51,443 bases of DNA, from sequence record SRR22947725_3987; one strand, 5' to 3'. Positions 20,218 through 31,511 of the stretch are shown here, one piece after another. The stretch's first letter is position 1. Every line of letters starts with the position of its first letter. The translations under genes and the position numbers were made by a program. A model generated the notes under the pieces. The model saw only the letters and a list, made by a program, of their open reading frames with translations, did no database searches and had not been told where the DNA came from.

Positions 20218-21873
20218 TCATTGATTGCCCTGAGACTGTTTGTATGCCTTGTAATAATTAATGGGTTCAGGAAAGCTCACTCCAACGCTTTTCGCCCATG
20301 ACTCCCAGCGCCCGATCATTTTGCGTAAGCGCTCAGGCTCCTTTGATGAGAGGTCATGCATCTCCGTACGATCAGTATCCATATCATACAACTCCCAAGG
20401 ACCTTTAACCGACCAAACGAGTTTCCATTTCCCATCGCGCATGGCCCGATTGCCCTCATGTTCCCAGTAGACTGGTTCCTGATGCACTGGGGTTTGCTCT
20501 CCTTGAAGCAAAGGGAGCAGCGATTTACCTGCCAAAGGATGCACTCTCACACCAGCTCGTTCAACTGGGTATTGGGTTTGAGCTAACTCAATAAGCGTAG
20601 GCATGAAATCTGGTAAAAACCCCATCTGCCGAACAAAGGATCCACGCAGATGCCATGGAATACCAGCAGGCCAATGGGCAATCAGTGGGGTAGACATCCC
20701 TCCTTCATGCACAAAATGTTTATAATACCTGAAAGGGGTATTGGATGCGTTGGCCCAGGCCTGACCACAACGTGGCCCCGCGGTTCCATGACTCAAAAGT
20801 GGATCTCGCACTTCCAATTCAGATCCACTTCCCAGTATTCCACCTTCCTGACAAGCACCGTTGTCGGATAAGAAGAACAGTAATGTATTTTCATACAACT
20901 GCTGATGCTTCAAGAACGCAACCAGACGACCGATATTCTGATCCACGGAATCAATGCAAGCAGCATAAGCCGCCATACGCAAATCCAACAGGTGTCGCGT
21001 TTTTTCATCCAATGCCCCCCACTCCGGACCTTCGTGCGGTGCGGCTTGCCAGGATGGATCAATCAATCCCATCGCACGCTGTTTCTCTAGCCGCTTCTCC
21101 ATCAAAGCATGCCATCCCCCACGGTATTTGCCCTCGTATTTGGCAAGATCGTCTGATTTCGCGTGAAGGGGCCAATGAGGTGCATTATAAGCTAGATACA
21201 GAAAAAAAGGTTGCTCATTGTCTTCTGTCGTCGATTCACGAATGAACTGCATTGCATGTTCCGTGAATGCATCCGTTGTGTAAAATCCGGGACCAGGTAA
21301 AACCGGTTCATTCATGTAGGTTAAGCCTCGTGGTGGTTGCGGATTCATAAAATGGGAAGCCCCTGAAATAATCCCGAAATACTTTTCAAACCCTCGCTGT
21401 AATGGCCAATTATTCTTGTCGTGATAACCCAAGTGCCACTTACCGGTCATCAAGGTGGAGTAACCAGCTTTTTTCAAAACCTCCGCCAGAGTAACACATT
21501 GTTCATTGAGATAACCCTGGTATGGATGATCACTCATGGGGCTGGGGCCTGCCGGGGTCTCAGTCATGTGACCAATACCCGTTTGGTGCGGATGCAATCC
21601 CGTCAGTAAACTCGCACGAGTAGGACAACAGCGCCCGGTATTGTAAAATTGCGTGAACTGCAATCCACCGCGAGCAAGAGCGTCTATGTGAGGTGTTTGA
21701 ATTTCTCCACCGTAGCAACCAATATCGGAGAAACCCATATCATCGACCATCATGACAATAATGTTCGGGCGCCCGAGCCCGGAAACATGCTTTGCAGCTA
21801 TCGCTGAATGGGATAGGACGCCTGCCATACAAAAGTAGCAGGCCATTTTTAAGACTGACGTGAATCTGTTCAT
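20218..21873 (-). CDS. Arylsulfatase (S1 family, Cys-type)
   Basis: PNIIVMMVDDMG, CCPTRASLLTG (CxPxR), GKWHLG, APHWP, SDNG. Confidence 0.95.
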   Translation of the reverse strand: MNRFTSVLKMACYFCMAGVLSHSAIAAKHVSGLGRPNIIVMMVDDMGFSDIGCYGGEIQTPHIDALARGGLQFTQFYNTGRCCPTRASLLTGLHPHQTGIGHMTETPAGPSPMSDHPYQGYLNEQCVTLAEVLKKAGYSTLMTGKWHLGYHDKNNWPLQRGFEKYFGIISGASHFMNPQPPRGLTYMNEPVLPGPGFYTTDAFTEHAMQFIRESTTEDNEQPFFLYLAYNAPHWPLHAKSDDLAKYEGKYRGGWHALMEKRLEKQRAMGLIDPSWQAAPHEGPEWGALDEKTRHLLDLRMAAYAACIDSVDQNIGRLVAFLKHQQLYENTLLFFLSDNGACQEGGILGSGSELEVRDPLLSHGTAGPRCGQAWANASNTPFRYYKHFVHEGGMSTPLIAHWPAGIPWHLRGSFVRQMGFLPDFMPTLIELAQTQYPVERAGVRVHPLAGKSLLPLLQGEQTPVHQEPVYWEHEGNRAMRDGKWKLVWSVKGPWELYDMDTDRTEMHDLSSKEPERLRKMIGRWESWAKSVGVSFPEPINYYKAYKQSQGNQ

Positions 21874-21931
21874 GAGATAAGAAAAACCCTGAAAGAAACT
21901 CGATCAGCCGTCAATAGTTGGTCTATTTCTT

Positions 21932-22813
21932 TTAATCATCGTGATGCGCTGAGGCAAATCGCGACAGGTTTTCAAAACGACTCACCTCTGGATAAATCTC
22001 CGGGAAATCTTTTACAATTTGCAATCTACTTGGAACCTCCCCCCACGCAGTGACAAGGAACGCCTCTGCTGCTCGGTCGCCATTCAAACCCAATTCCTTG
22101 TTTTGTCTGGCCAACCGTTTTTTTAATAACACTTTCCAAGCCTCAAATGATTCAGGAACCTCCAATTTATGCCGCCCTACCCATGGCAACCATTCCATGA
22201 TTTGACTTTGATGACACCAGGTCATCTTACAAATGGACTCAAATGCCTCCTCAACATCAACGACGAAGTCAGGATGGTTGGCTCCCGCCATGTATGCGTC
22301 GTAGGTATTCAAGATAACTGGCACTTTACAAGATTTGGGCTCGGTTTCACTCGATGGATATTCCTCAAGAAAAGCATGGGGTACATTGATCATGTAGGCT
22401 ACTTTCCTCACCGCATCGGCAACGGAAACGTGATCAACATGCACGCCTGCGAGAGCATCAGCAGGCAAAGGAGGACAGAAAAGATAATCCGGTTCAAAAT
22501 CACGAATCGCCTTCCAAAGCGCAGCAAGTAGATCGCGTGTAACCAGCAGGCAAGCTTCGCGTGGAATACTTCCGTTTGGAAGACGCAGGCATTCGAAAGC
22601 ATACTTTCCCACCTGGGCTGAGGCTTCCTGCTCGGCAATGCGTGTTCGCGTTGTTGCTTCCGTGGAAAGAAGGTGATGCCCTGCACGACCATCCGTACAC
22701 ACAATAACTTTGGCTGAAAAGTCACTACCAAGCCGCCTTCGCCACACTTCAAAGAGACCCGCTGCCGTAAACTCATAATCATCAAAATGGGCATGAATGA
22801 AGAGTACTTTCAT
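21932..22813 (-). CDS. PIG-L/LmbE-family deacetylase
   Basis: HAHFDD, TDGRAG, HVDH, HQSQ; GGAGGA Shine-Dalgarno before ATG 22813. Confidence 0.85.
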   Translation of the reverse strand: MKVLFIHAHFDDYEFTAAGLFEVWRRRLGSDFSAKVIVCTDGRAGHHLLSTEATTRTRIAEQEASAQVGKYAFECLRLPNGSIPREACLLVTRDLLAALWKAIRDFEPDYLFCPPLPADALAGVHVDHVSVADAVRKVAYMINVPHAFLEEYPSSETEPKSCKVPVILNTYDAYMAGANHPDFVVDVEEAFESICKMTWCHQSQIMEWLPWVGRHKLEVPESFEAWKVLLKKRLARQNKELGLNGDRAAEAFLVTAWGEVPSRLQIVKDFPEIYPEVSRFENLSRFASAHHDD

Positions 22814-22971
22814 TCCTCCAATCAAATCGAAATCCTAAATCATGTCCATATTTGATGAAGGGAAATACTTGTTTTCATTTTTCGAGCCAAGGGGGTTTGA
22901 TTTTTTGAAGATTGACTCCCGCGCAAGAAAAAATACGATTTATAGCAAATATCAGCTACTATAGGATAATT

Positions 22972-23955
22972 ATGTCAAAAGTTTACGACAATATCGTTCA
23001 AACCATTGGAAAGACCCCTTTGGTACGACTCAATCGCGTGACCGAGGGAGTGGATGCAACCATCCTCCTCAAATGCGAGTTCTTCAATCCATTGGGAAGT
23101 GTGAAGGACCGCATTGGAATGGCCATGATCGAAGATGCAGAACGTCAGGGAGTGTTGACAAAAGACACAATCATCATTGAACCGACGAGTGGAAACACTG
23201 GCATTGCATTAGCCTTCGTGGCAGCCTCCAAAGGATACCAACTCATCCTGACCATGCCGGAAACGATGTCTGTTGAGCGACGCACTCTTTTGGCATTACT
23301 TGGCGCCAAGTTGGTATTGACACCAGGGCCGAAAGGCATGAAGGGAGCGATTGAAAAAGCGAAGGAACTTGCCGAAGAAACTCCCAATGCCTGGATTCCT
23401 CAGCAATTTGAAAATGCGGCAAATCCTGAAATCCACCGTAAAACGACAGCCGAAGAGCTATGGGAGGACACCGATGGAGGCATTGACATATTCGTAGCAG
23501 GCGTGGGAACTGGCGGAACCATCACAGGCTGTCTCGAGGTCATCAAGCCCAGAAAACCTGAATTTCAGGCAATCGCCGTGGAACCCGGTGATTCACCAGT
23601 CATCAGCCAAACTCTGGCAGGACAAGATCTGACACCTGGCCCACACAAGATCCAGGGTACGGGTGCTGGATTTATTCCCGGCAATCTACATTTGAAGGAC
23701 GAAAATGGGAACCAACAAATTGCCGAGTGTATCAAAGTCAGCAATGACGATGCCTTTGCCATGGCTCGCCGAATCGCAAAAGAAGAAGGTATCCTGGGGG
23801 GGATCAGCACAGGAGCAAATGTCGTGGCTGCGTTGGAAGTCGCAAGGCGTCCTGAAAACAAGGGCAAGACAATCGTCACCGTTGCGTGTTCCACTGGAGA
23901 ACGCTATCTGAGCACACCTCTCGCTGCTGAAGCTCGCGCTGAGGTTGGGGGTTGA
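22972..23955 (+). CDS. cysK: Cysteine synthase A
   Basis: [20 protein letters not shown] (PLP lysine), [27 protein letters not shown]. Confidence 0.97.
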   Translation: MSKVYDNIVQTIGKTPLVRLNRVTEGVDATILLKCEFFNPLGSVKDRIGMAMIEDAERQGVLTKDTIIIEPTSGNTGIALAFVAASKGYQLILTMPETMSVERRTLLALLGAKLVLTPGPKGMKGAIEKAKELAEETPNAWIPQQFENAANPEIHRKTTAEELWEDTDGGIDIFVAGVGTGGTITGCLEVIKPRKPEFQAIAVEPGDSPVISQTLAGQDLTPGPHKIQGTGAGFIPGNLHLKDENGNQQIAECIKVSNDDAFAMARRIAKEEGILGGISTGANVVAALEVARRPENKGKTIVTVACSTGERYLSTPLAAEARAEVGG

Positions 23956-23980
23956 GTTTTTTTTTTAATTCTATCAAGAG

Positions 23981-24009
23981 AGAGCCCGGGATCATTCCGG
24001 GCTCTTTTT
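23981..24009. terminator. Rho-independent terminator between convergent cysK and the phosphatase gene
   Basis: AGAGCCCGG-gatcatt-CCGGGCTCT stem followed by a T run. Confidence 0.8.
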
Positions 24010-24106
24010 ATTTCCAGTAAGGCAGTATTTTTTAGATGGGACAAAAAGAGCTAGGCTTTGATTTGCTGACCATACCATCAAGCTCAAGAGCTGCAGAGGG
24101 TCAACT

Positions 24107-25621
24107 TCAACTAACTTTTACCAGAATACCGGTCAAGTCATCGGCTTGAGGTTGAGCTCCAGTGAACTCATCAACGGATTGGTAGAGTTCCTGAAGAATG
24201 TCCCGGGAAGGTAATGCTCGGAATTGATGGAGGATCTGCACGATTTTGTCTGTACCGAAAAATGATTCATCTTCGGCCATGGCTTCATCGAATCCATCGG
24301 TATAAAGGAATATCAAGTCTCCAGAATCAAGGGATAGGGAATCAGACGTTGAGTAGGTTGTTTTACTACGGATTCCAAGAGGAACCCCGTTGCGCTTCAA
24401 ATGAGCTTTTACCTGCCCCTGGTCATTGATCACTAGAGCAGCCGGATGTCCTGCATTACTGAAGGTGAGCTGACGGTTCTCTGGCTCGAGACAAATAAGC
24501 ACCACCGTAATATAACGTTCAAAACTCAAATCATCGGATAACACGGTATTTGCTCGCGTAAGGATTTCTCCAGTCTCCTCACGGTTCAGAGCAAGTATTC
24601 TTAGATACGCGCGCGCCTCAGACATGAGCAATGCCGGACCAATTCCATGGCCTGCGACATCAGCCACTACCAACCCTAATCGCCCCCGTGTCATGGGAAG
24701 ATAATCAAAGTGATCGCCACCAGCTGCTTCTGCAGGGAAGGAGACTCCGGCAATGTCATAACCTTCGATATTGGGTGGCACCTTGGGAAACATCCATTGT
24801 TGAATTTCCCTTGCCGTTTGCAACCTTTCTTCATGGACTTCCAACTCAAGCTGTGCCTGCTTGCGCTCGGTAATATCACGCAGAAAAGCCGCTATCATCA
24901 AGCGGCCGTGCATTTCCAGGCTGCTGCAACTGATTTCCAAAGGAAAACAGGAACCATCCTGTCGGTTACCTACCACTTCCAACAATTGACCGTAAGCAGA
25001 ATTTGAAAGGTGGTCATTACCGCCGAACCCCAAGTCTTTACCGTCAGATAATAACATCGATAAATCGTTACCCAACAGAGCCTCGGCAGAATGCCCAAAC
25101 AATTGAGAGACAGCAGGGTTGGCGAAAAGAATACTGCCTTCTTCGTTCATCAGAACAACACCATCCGTTGAATTTTCCCAAAGCAGACGATAACGAAGCT
25201 CGTTTTCCCTGAGATCACTCTCCGCTTTCTGGCGGGCTTTGCGTGTCGCAGCGTCACCCAGCTCCCTTTCAACGGCTACCACCAAACGAGCAAGCTGACC
25301 TTTCATGAGATAATCATGCGCGCCAGACTTCATGGCAGCTACTGCCACATCTTCACCAATCCCTCCGGATATGATAATGAAGGGTAGATCCAATCCCGTA
25401 GATTTGACTATTTCAAGAGCAGCAGGAGCGCTGAAGTCTGGAAGATTATAATCGGAAAGGATGAGATCCCATTCGCGATGAGAGAGAGCTTCTTGAAGTT
25501 CATCCGCCGTTTCGACGCGTTCATAATCTAACTCATACCCACCCTGCTCAAGAACCTCAGCCATGATGATAGCATCAAATTCAGAGTCCTCGATAATGAT
25601 AACACTCAGTTTACTATTCAT
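24107..25621 (-). CDS. REC-PAS-PP2C (SpoIIE/RsbU-family) serine phosphatase
   Basis: Receiver domain (IIEDSEFD, ILSDYNLP), PAS, then GGDHFD, VADVAGHG, NAGH, LYTDG, DDLT. Confidence 0.92.
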   Translation of the reverse strand: MNSKLSVIIIEDSEFDAIIMAEVLEQGGYELDYERVETADELQEALSHREWDLILSDYNLPDFSAPAALEIVKSTGLDLPFIIISGGIGEDVAVAAMKSGAHDYLMKGQLARLVVAVERELGDAATRKARQKAESDLRENELRYRLLWENSTDGVVLMNEEGSILFANPAVSQLFGHSAEALLGNDLSMLLSDGKDLGFGGNDHLSNSAYGQLLEVVGNRQDGSCFPLEISCSSLEMHGRLMIAAFLRDITERKQAQLELEVHEERLQTAREIQQWMFPKVPPNIEGYDIAGVSFPAEAAGGDHFDYLPMTRGRLGLVVADVAGHGIGPALLMSEARAYLRILALNREETGEILTRANTVLSDDLSFERYITVVLICLEPENRQLTFSNAGHPAALVINDQGQVKAHLKRNGVPLGIRSKTTYSTSDSLSLDSGDLIFLYTDGFDEAMAEDESFFGTDKIVQILHQFRALPSRDILQELYQSVDEFTGAQPQADDLTGILVKVS

Positions 25622-26945
25622 TGGGATTCACCTGATCATTGGACAAGGCAACCCTGATCTGCCAAGTTCCTGTCTTCCACACAAGCATGATTAAAACCAA
25701 GAGAAGAATAATATTGAAGAGGAAAATGAGTTGAACGAGTTCTTTTCCATCAGAGGGAATCAATATCAAGCTACCCAGATACGCCAACACCACCATGAAC
25801 GGAACAAAGAGCGCTCGATACCTTTTAAGTGCCAGCAAATTGGAAAGAAGCACATTACTGCACGAAAGAAAAAGCATAGCTGCAGAGAACCATGGTAATA
25901 AATCCAACACCATCGACAACCCCACCTCATTGCTGATGACACGTTGAGCAAAGCCATTGAGCATGCCTGAACCCTTCATCCCTCGCATGTAATCTATCAA
26001 ATAAGGCCATCCCCATGAAAGACTGAGAAAGAAACAGAACACAACACCGCCTAGAAGCAGGGTTCCGACCATGGTTGAAATCAATATGGAACTTGATTGC
26101 CCCTCGCGATGAGATTTCACAAGTTTTGGAAACATTACGCCTGCCAATGGGCCCAGCAACATGAACAAACCCCGTCCCAGTGTGCCTGCCATGGCATAAT
26201 AGGAGGACTCTGTTTTGGACATCAGTGCTCTGAAGAATATGGTATCCGCACTCATCATCATTTGGAAAACAATTGGAGCCAAAGCAAGCGGCAGAATACC
26301 GCGCAACCACCTGCCCCACTTGCAAGTGATGCTCTTGTGTTTGACAAGATGGGGGCGAGCCGCCGAGTAAACCATCAATAAAGCAATAAAGACACCTGCC
26401 AACACGCCCAACATGACAGATTGTGCAGAGGCTCCCAGAAGAATACTCAACAGAAATACGAATACCAACCTACCTGCCCCATTTGCCAGCAGTGACCAAC
26501 CCAGCCATGAAAACCGCTGAGCCCCCTGCAACACCCCCATGAACACAGGTAGCCAAAGAAGAAGCAAGCCTGCCAGCAAGGTAATGATCAGCGGCAAGGC
26601 TTGATCCATTTTATAAAAGGAAAAAATAGGTTTGTGAAAAAGAGCAACCACACTGACGAATATTAACCATATGACAAAGGTAAGCTTAATGATACCGTAG
26701 GCGTGGTAGGTCATCCTGTGGCGTTCGGAATCAGAGGTCGCCGAGGCAGTCTCATGAGTAAAGACTGTTTGAATGCCGGGCGTGGCACTCATCATCAAGG
26801 TCAAAACCCCCAGTAAAGCAGCAAACAATCCATACTCCCCATCTTTTGGGAGCATATCGAATGCTATGAAATGAACCCCAAACATGAGCACACCTGCAAG
26901 CGTGTTACAAAAAATCATCCATGAACTTTGACGGAAAAAACTCAT
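25614..26945 (-). CDS. Oligosaccharide flippase-like (Wzx/MOP superfamily) membrane protein
   Basis: Many TM helices; EYGLFAALL and GVLQGAQRF patterns; next to a GT2 gene. Confidence 0.75.
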   Translation of the reverse strand: MSFFRQSSWMIFCNTLAGVLMFGVHFIAFDMLPKDGEYGLFAALLGVLTLMMSATPGIQTVFTHETASATSDSERHRMTYHAYGIIKLTFVIWLIFVSVVALFHKPIFSFYKMDQALPLIITLLAGLLLLWLPVFMGVLQGAQRFSWLGWSLLANGAGRLVFVFLLSILLGASAQSVMLGVLAGVFIALLMVYSAARPHLVKHKSITCKWGRWLRGILPLALAPIVFQMMMSADTIFFRALMSKTESSYYAMAGTLGRGLFMLLGPLAGVMFPKLVKSHREGQSSSILISTMVGTLLLGGVVFCFFLSLSWGWPYLIDYMRGMKGSGMLNGFAQRVISNEVGLSMVLDLLPWFSAAMLFLSCSNVLLSNLLALKRYRALFVPFMVVLAYLGSLILIPSDGKELVQLIFLFNIILLLVLIMLVWKTGTWQIRVALSNDQVNPNE

Positions 26946-26963
26946 TTTAATCAGGTCTCAGGT

Positions 26964-27965
26964 TTACTGATTCGTCATGTGATGTTTTTCAATGACTACT
27001 TCCGAAGCATTGAATGTAGAATCGGAATGATCGCCATTTTTCACACATCCTACCCAAAAACCAGTTCCATAAGATAGATGACACAACAACATCAATGGCA
27101 TGGCCAGCAGACTACTTCGAAATCCAAACGATTTGATATTGACCATCATTTGCCCCAGCAATGCCAATCCATACAAAAGAAAAGGCAAGAGCATGAACAT
27201 CGCTAAGGAAGATCCAATTTGCACTGTTCCCGGAACAAACAAACCAATGTTTATAAGGGTATAAACGAGAAATAAAGCGGGAGCCATGTTCAACAGTGAA
27301 CTCGAGCTGGGGTGGCGTCTAAATTGCTGCGCTCGCCCGCATCCGTAACGGTACAACATGTAAAGAAAACTTCCAACGGTACTTCTGGGGTAACGTTTAA
27401 CACTGAGTGTTGGGTCATAAAACAGACGCCCCCCTTCATGTGCAATGGATTCCATCAATGCATTTTCCTCGTTCGGATAAAGAGCCTCGTCAAATCCACC
27501 CGCTTTCTCAAATGCACTTTTTCGTATCAATAGATTACAGAGGATCAATTCCTTTTCAGAGCTGGCCCTTTGTTTTCCAATGGGCATATACCTGGATCGA
27601 CTGGGCCCAAAGGTTAATGCACTCCCTAGTAAAACTTCAAAAATTGTTTGAACAAAACTGGCATCCTCTGGGCATAGATTGGGCCCCCCCACAACTTCTG
27701 CATCTGACTTTCCCAGCCAGTCCATGACTCTTTCCCATGACTGAGGTGTGAGGATTGAATCGTCATCCAAGAAGTAAAGCCATTGCCCGGAGGCATGCTT
27801 TACGGCGACATTTCTCTGAATCGAAGGCATTCGACCTCGAGTAATGATCATCTCTGCAAAATCTTCTGGAACATCCAACACCCTGAGAGATTCAATCGAT
27901 GGAAGGGTTTCCTGGTCAGGAGGTGCCGCGACTATAATTGAAAGTATCGGGCAGTTTGAAGTCAT
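26964..27965 (-). CDS. Family 2 glycosyltransferase
   Basis: QRNVAV, YFLDDD, VVGGP, GGFDEALYPNEE; C-terminal TM helices. Confidence 0.9.
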   Translation of the reverse strand: MTSNCPILSIIVAAPPDQETLPSIESLRVLDVPEDFAEMIITRGRMPSIQRNVAVKHASGQWLYFLDDDSILTPQSWERVMDWLGKSDAEVVGGPNLCPEDASFVQTIFEVLLGSALTFGPSRSRYMPIGKQRASSEKELILCNLLIRKSAFEKAGGFDEALYPNEENALMESIAHEGGRLFYDPTLSVKRYPRSTVGSFLYMLYRYGCGRAQQFRRHPSSSSLLNMAPALFLVYTLINIGLFVPGTVQIGSSLAMFMLLPFLLYGLALLGQMMVNIKSFGFRSSLLAMPLMLLCHLSYGTGFWVGCVKNGDHSDSTFNASEVVIEKHHMTNQ

Positions 27966-29104
27966 GGCAATGATCTGAAAAACCGCAGGTATTTTTCAAC
28001 ACAATTTTCGAGCGAGCGAATGGAGATCCATTCGTCGGCGGTGTGCGCTTGATCAATGCTTCCTGGTCCGAAAACGATACAAGGCGTGCCGTTTTGAGCA
28101 ATGAAAGCAGCATCACAAAAGTAATCAACACCCAGGGGTTTTTTCTGCCGTGACAGGGCCATTAATTTTTGAATCCAGGGCAGATCAGATTGTGTTTCCA
28201 TCGCTGGACATTCTGCATCCCGCCTGTAATCCAGGGATGCTTTGATACCTCTTTTTCTAAGGGCGGTTAGTATTTCCTTTGCAATGGCAGCGTTACTTTC
28301 GCCAGGAAGCGTCCTGCGATCTGCAGAGATGGAGCAAGTATCAGGCACAATGTTGGGTTGTTTGCCACCACGTATGGTTCCCACATTAATGGTTGCGGGT
28401 CCCAGTAGAGGATGCCTGCGCCGGTTTAATTGTTCTCGATAATCCTGTTCCAGAAACTGAACAGCACTCGCCATCGAATGAATGGCATTGTTACCAAGTG
28501 ACGGCCGGGCCCCATGAGCAGCCAATCCACGCGTTTGCAAATGAAACCACATGGCTCCTTTGTGAGCGGTCACGATCTTGTTGGAAGTTGGCTCTCCAAC
28601 AATGGCCAGATCGTAAGGCTTATTCCGTTTTGAAAACGAACGTGAGCCCAGCTGACCGTATTCTTCATCCACCATACATGCTAAGTGGATTTCCGTGTTT
28701 CTGGGGCGGTCAGGACTGGCTGAGACCTTGGCAAGGGCATTCATCATTGCCGCGATACTTCCTTTTGTATCACAGGCGCCTCGCCCATAAATCCTGCCTT
28801 GCTTGATGTGCGGGTTTAATTGTCTCCCATCCGCAACGACCGTATCCATGTGAGGTGCCAGCAGCAAGCGGTGACAGGGTCGTGAACAAGGTTTGTATTT
28901 CAACACAAGGTTACTGCGCTTACCTTTCACCAACTGATATTTAAAATCCAAACCCAGTTTGGCACCACGCTGAGCAAGCATGTCAGCAACACGCTCTTCC
29001 CCGTTTAACGCATCGTCCGAGCAAAAAGCAGGGTTCACACTTGGGATGGATATCAAGTCCATCAACAAGGAGCTCACAGCTGACTTGGTATCTGCTTTTT
29101 TCAA
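27962..29104 (-). CDS. M20 family metallo-hydrolase (ArgE/DapE-like)
   Basis: HMDTV, GRGACDTKG, DEE, VGEPT, GPGSIDQAHTADE. Confidence 0.92.
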   Translation of the reverse strand: MKKADTKSAVSSLLMDLISIPSVNPAFCSDDALNGEERVADMLAQRGAKLGLDFKYQLVKGKRSNLVLKYKPCSRPCHRLLLAPHMDTVVADGRQLNPHIKQGRIYGRGACDTKGSIAAMMNALAKVSASPDRPRNTEIHLACMVDEEYGQLGSRSFSKRNKPYDLAIVGEPTSNKIVTAHKGAMWFHLQTRGLAAHGARPSLGNNAIHSMASAVQFLEQDYREQLNRRRHPLLGPATINVGTIRGGKQPNIVPDTCSISADRRTLPGESNAAIAKEILTALRKRGIKASLDYRRDAECPAMETQSDLPWIQKLMALSRQKKPLGVDYFCDAAFIAQNGTPCIVFGPGSIDQAHTADEWISIRSLENCVEKYLRFFRSLP

Positions 29105-29223
29105 GCTTTTATACTAATAATCCTCAACTTAATGTCGAGCGACGAATCTCTGATACGGCAAAACCGAAAATCATCCCTGTCTTTTGAACCATGTTCGAGG
29201 TGAGGGTGATTGCGATTCCCGGA

Positions 29224-30666
29224 TCAAGGTAAACCAAGGCCCGATTTCAATGTTGCCAGCAGGTCCTGAATCGTGACGCGCGACTGATTGGTGGTATCAC
29301 GTTCACGCAGCGTCACGGAATCCAACAGGTCCGGGTTCTCTCCGAGAGTATCGAAATCAATGGTCACACAATAGGGCGTCCCTATTTCGTCCTGACGTGC
29401 ATATCTTTTACCGATGGCCCCAGCCTCATCGTAGAAACAATTGAAATGAGGTTTAAGCAGGTCGTATACAGCCTTCGCTTTTTCAACAAGTTCTGGTTTA
29501 TTTTTAAGTAAAGGGAACACGCCTACTTTGATGGGCGCAACGCTGGGATGGAATCGCATGACGATGCGCTTCTCCAGCACCCCTTTTGCATTGGGAATCA
29601 TGGCCTCATGGTATGCGTTACAAATCAGCGCCAGAACCATTCGATCCACACCAGCACTGGGCTCAATGACGTGCGGTATGTAGCGGGTTTTGGCTTCTTC
29701 ATCAAAATATTCCATCGACTTACCACTGTGTTCCTGATGTTGAGTCAAGTCGTAGTTGGAGCGTGCAGCAACACCTTCCAATTCCTGCACTCCGAAAGGA
29801 AATTTAAACATGATGTCCACCGTCGCACGGGCGTAGTGGGCCAATTCATCGTCCGTCTGCCAGTGTAACTCAAGGGAGTCAGAAGGGAGTCCAATACTCT
29901 CATACCAATTCAAACGCTGGTTTACCCAGTAGCCATGCCACTGTTTCCATCCCCAGTTGGATTCGGGTGAATCCGTGGGGGCTTCTTCTGCTGGAGCCCC
30001 TCCCTGACCATGCGCAATCTCGTCGGGTTTAATGAAAAATTCGAGTTCCATTTGCTCGAATTCGCGCGATCGAAAGGTATAGTTTCGAGGGTTGATTTCA
30101 TTCCGAAATGCTTTACCTATTTGACAGATCCCAAAAGGGATTTTTTGCCGCGAGACATCAGAAACGTTCTTGAATTGAGCAAAAATTGCTTGGGCAGTCT
30201 CAGGGCGAAGGTAGGCGACGTTATCCTCTGTTTCAACGGGGCCAACGTACGTTTTGAACATCAAGTTGAATGCCCGTGGCTCCGTCTTGTCGGATCCACA
30301 CTCTGTCACCATTTTACTTGGTTTCTTGAGGCAAGGGGTATTATCCAGCTGATCTGCCCTGAATCGCCCTTTGCAATCTTTACAATCGACCATGGGATCA
30401 CTGAAGGTAGATGTATGTCCACTGGCTTCCCATACCTTCGGGTGCATGATGATGGTTGCATCCAATCCTACGACATCCTCCCGATCGCGGGTCATGGATT
30501 GCCACCACAGATCCTTGACATTACGCTTCAATTCAGCGCCCAGCGGGCCGTAGTCCCAGAACCCGTTGATGCCTCCGTAGATTTCTGAAGATTGAAAGAT
30601 GAAACCACGTCGTTTGGATAACGACACGATTTTTTCCATGAGTTCATTTACCTTGGGCTCTGCCAT
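29224..30666 (-). CDS. glyQS: Glycine--tRNA ligase, homodimeric (alpha2) type
   Basis: [57 protein letters not shown] at 30666 preferred. Confidence 0.97.
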   Translation of the reverse strand: MAEPKVNELMEKIVSLSKRRGFIFQSSEIYGGINGFWDYGPLGAELKRNVKDLWWQSMTRDREDVVGLDATIIMHPKVWEASGHTSTFSDPMVDCKDCKGRFRADQLDNTPCLKKPSKMVTECGSDKTEPRAFNLMFKTYVGPVETEDNVAYLRPETAQAIFAQFKNVSDVSRQKIPFGICQIGKAFRNEINPRNYTFRSREFEQMELEFFIKPDEIAHGQGGAPAEEAPTDSPESNWGWKQWHGYWVNQRLNWYESIGLPSDSLELHWQTDDELAHYARATVDIMFKFPFGVQELEGVAARSNYDLTQHQEHSGKSMEYFDEEAKTRYIPHVIEPSAGVDRMVLALICNAYHEAMIPNAKGVLEKRIVMRFHPSVAPIKVGVFPLLKNKPELVEKAKAVYDLLKPHFNCFYDEAGAIGKRYARQDEIGTPYCVTIDFDTLGENPDLLDSVTLRERDTTNQSRVTIQDLLATLKSGLGLP

Positions 30667-30967
30667 AATTCTTATTGGGTCAAAACCACAAGTGTCTCCT
30701 TGACCACAAGACGTTGTCAAGCAGCCAAAACGTCAGGAGCGTATGATTTATGCAATATCTTACTCTTTTAAGTGCAAAAAGCCTCCAGCAGCCTCTTCAG
30801 GAATAGCAAATGATCTTCATGGACCTAAATCAAGCGTTTGGCCCAACTGGTTCAGCAGCAAAAAAATATAGCATGTCCTGGGAAACAAACCAAAAAAACA
30901 CAATTCCATAATTCAATACAAAAGTGATGTGCTTGATGTTGGCAGGGAATGTGAGGACAATAGAACG

Positions 30968-31492
30968 GTGAAGCCCTATCAGACGTTTAAATTTTGCCCG
31001 TCGTGTGGAAAAGCGCAGCCTCCAATCGAACGACCTTGCTTTGTTTGCAGCGCTTGCGCACACACCTACTTTTTCAATCCTACGATTGCCGCTGTTGGTA
31101 TGATCTTGAATGATGAGGGAAAACTATTGTTTATCGAACGCGCTCAAGAACCAGCCAGGGGCAAATTAGCTTTTGTGGGAGGATTCATTGATGCAGGTGA
31201 AATCGCCGAGTTGGCGCTTGAGCGTGAAATCAAGGAGGAGGTGGGCCTGAAGGTAGAAAACATTAGATACCTGGCCAGTTTCCCGAACACTTATCTATAC
31301 AGGAACATTAACTATCCTGTGCTTGATTTTTTCTTTTCGGCAACCTGCAGACGCCCAAACGTCTTATTGGATCCAAACGAAGTGGCAGGACTTCATTGGC
31401 TGAACCCAAAAGATGTCAGGACAGATGAATTGGCTTTTGAATCCATGAAAAAAGCATTCGAGCGCTGGACCCAATTGAACCCAACTGATTGA
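30968..31492 (+). CDS. NUDIX hydrolase with N-terminal zinc ribbon
   Basis: FCPSCG...CSAC and Nudix box GGFIDAGEIAELALEREIKEEVGL. Confidence 0.92.
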   Translation: MKPYQTFKFCPSCGKAQPPIERPCFVCSACAHTYFFNPTIAAVGMILNDEGKLLFIERAQEPARGKLAFVGGFIDAGEIAELALEREIKEEVGLKVENIRYLASFPNTYLYRNINYPVLDFFFSATCRRPNVLLDPNEVAGLHWLNPKDVRTDELAFESMKKAFERWTQLNPTD

Positions 31493-31511
31493 GGATGGCG
31501 GTTCGAAAATG

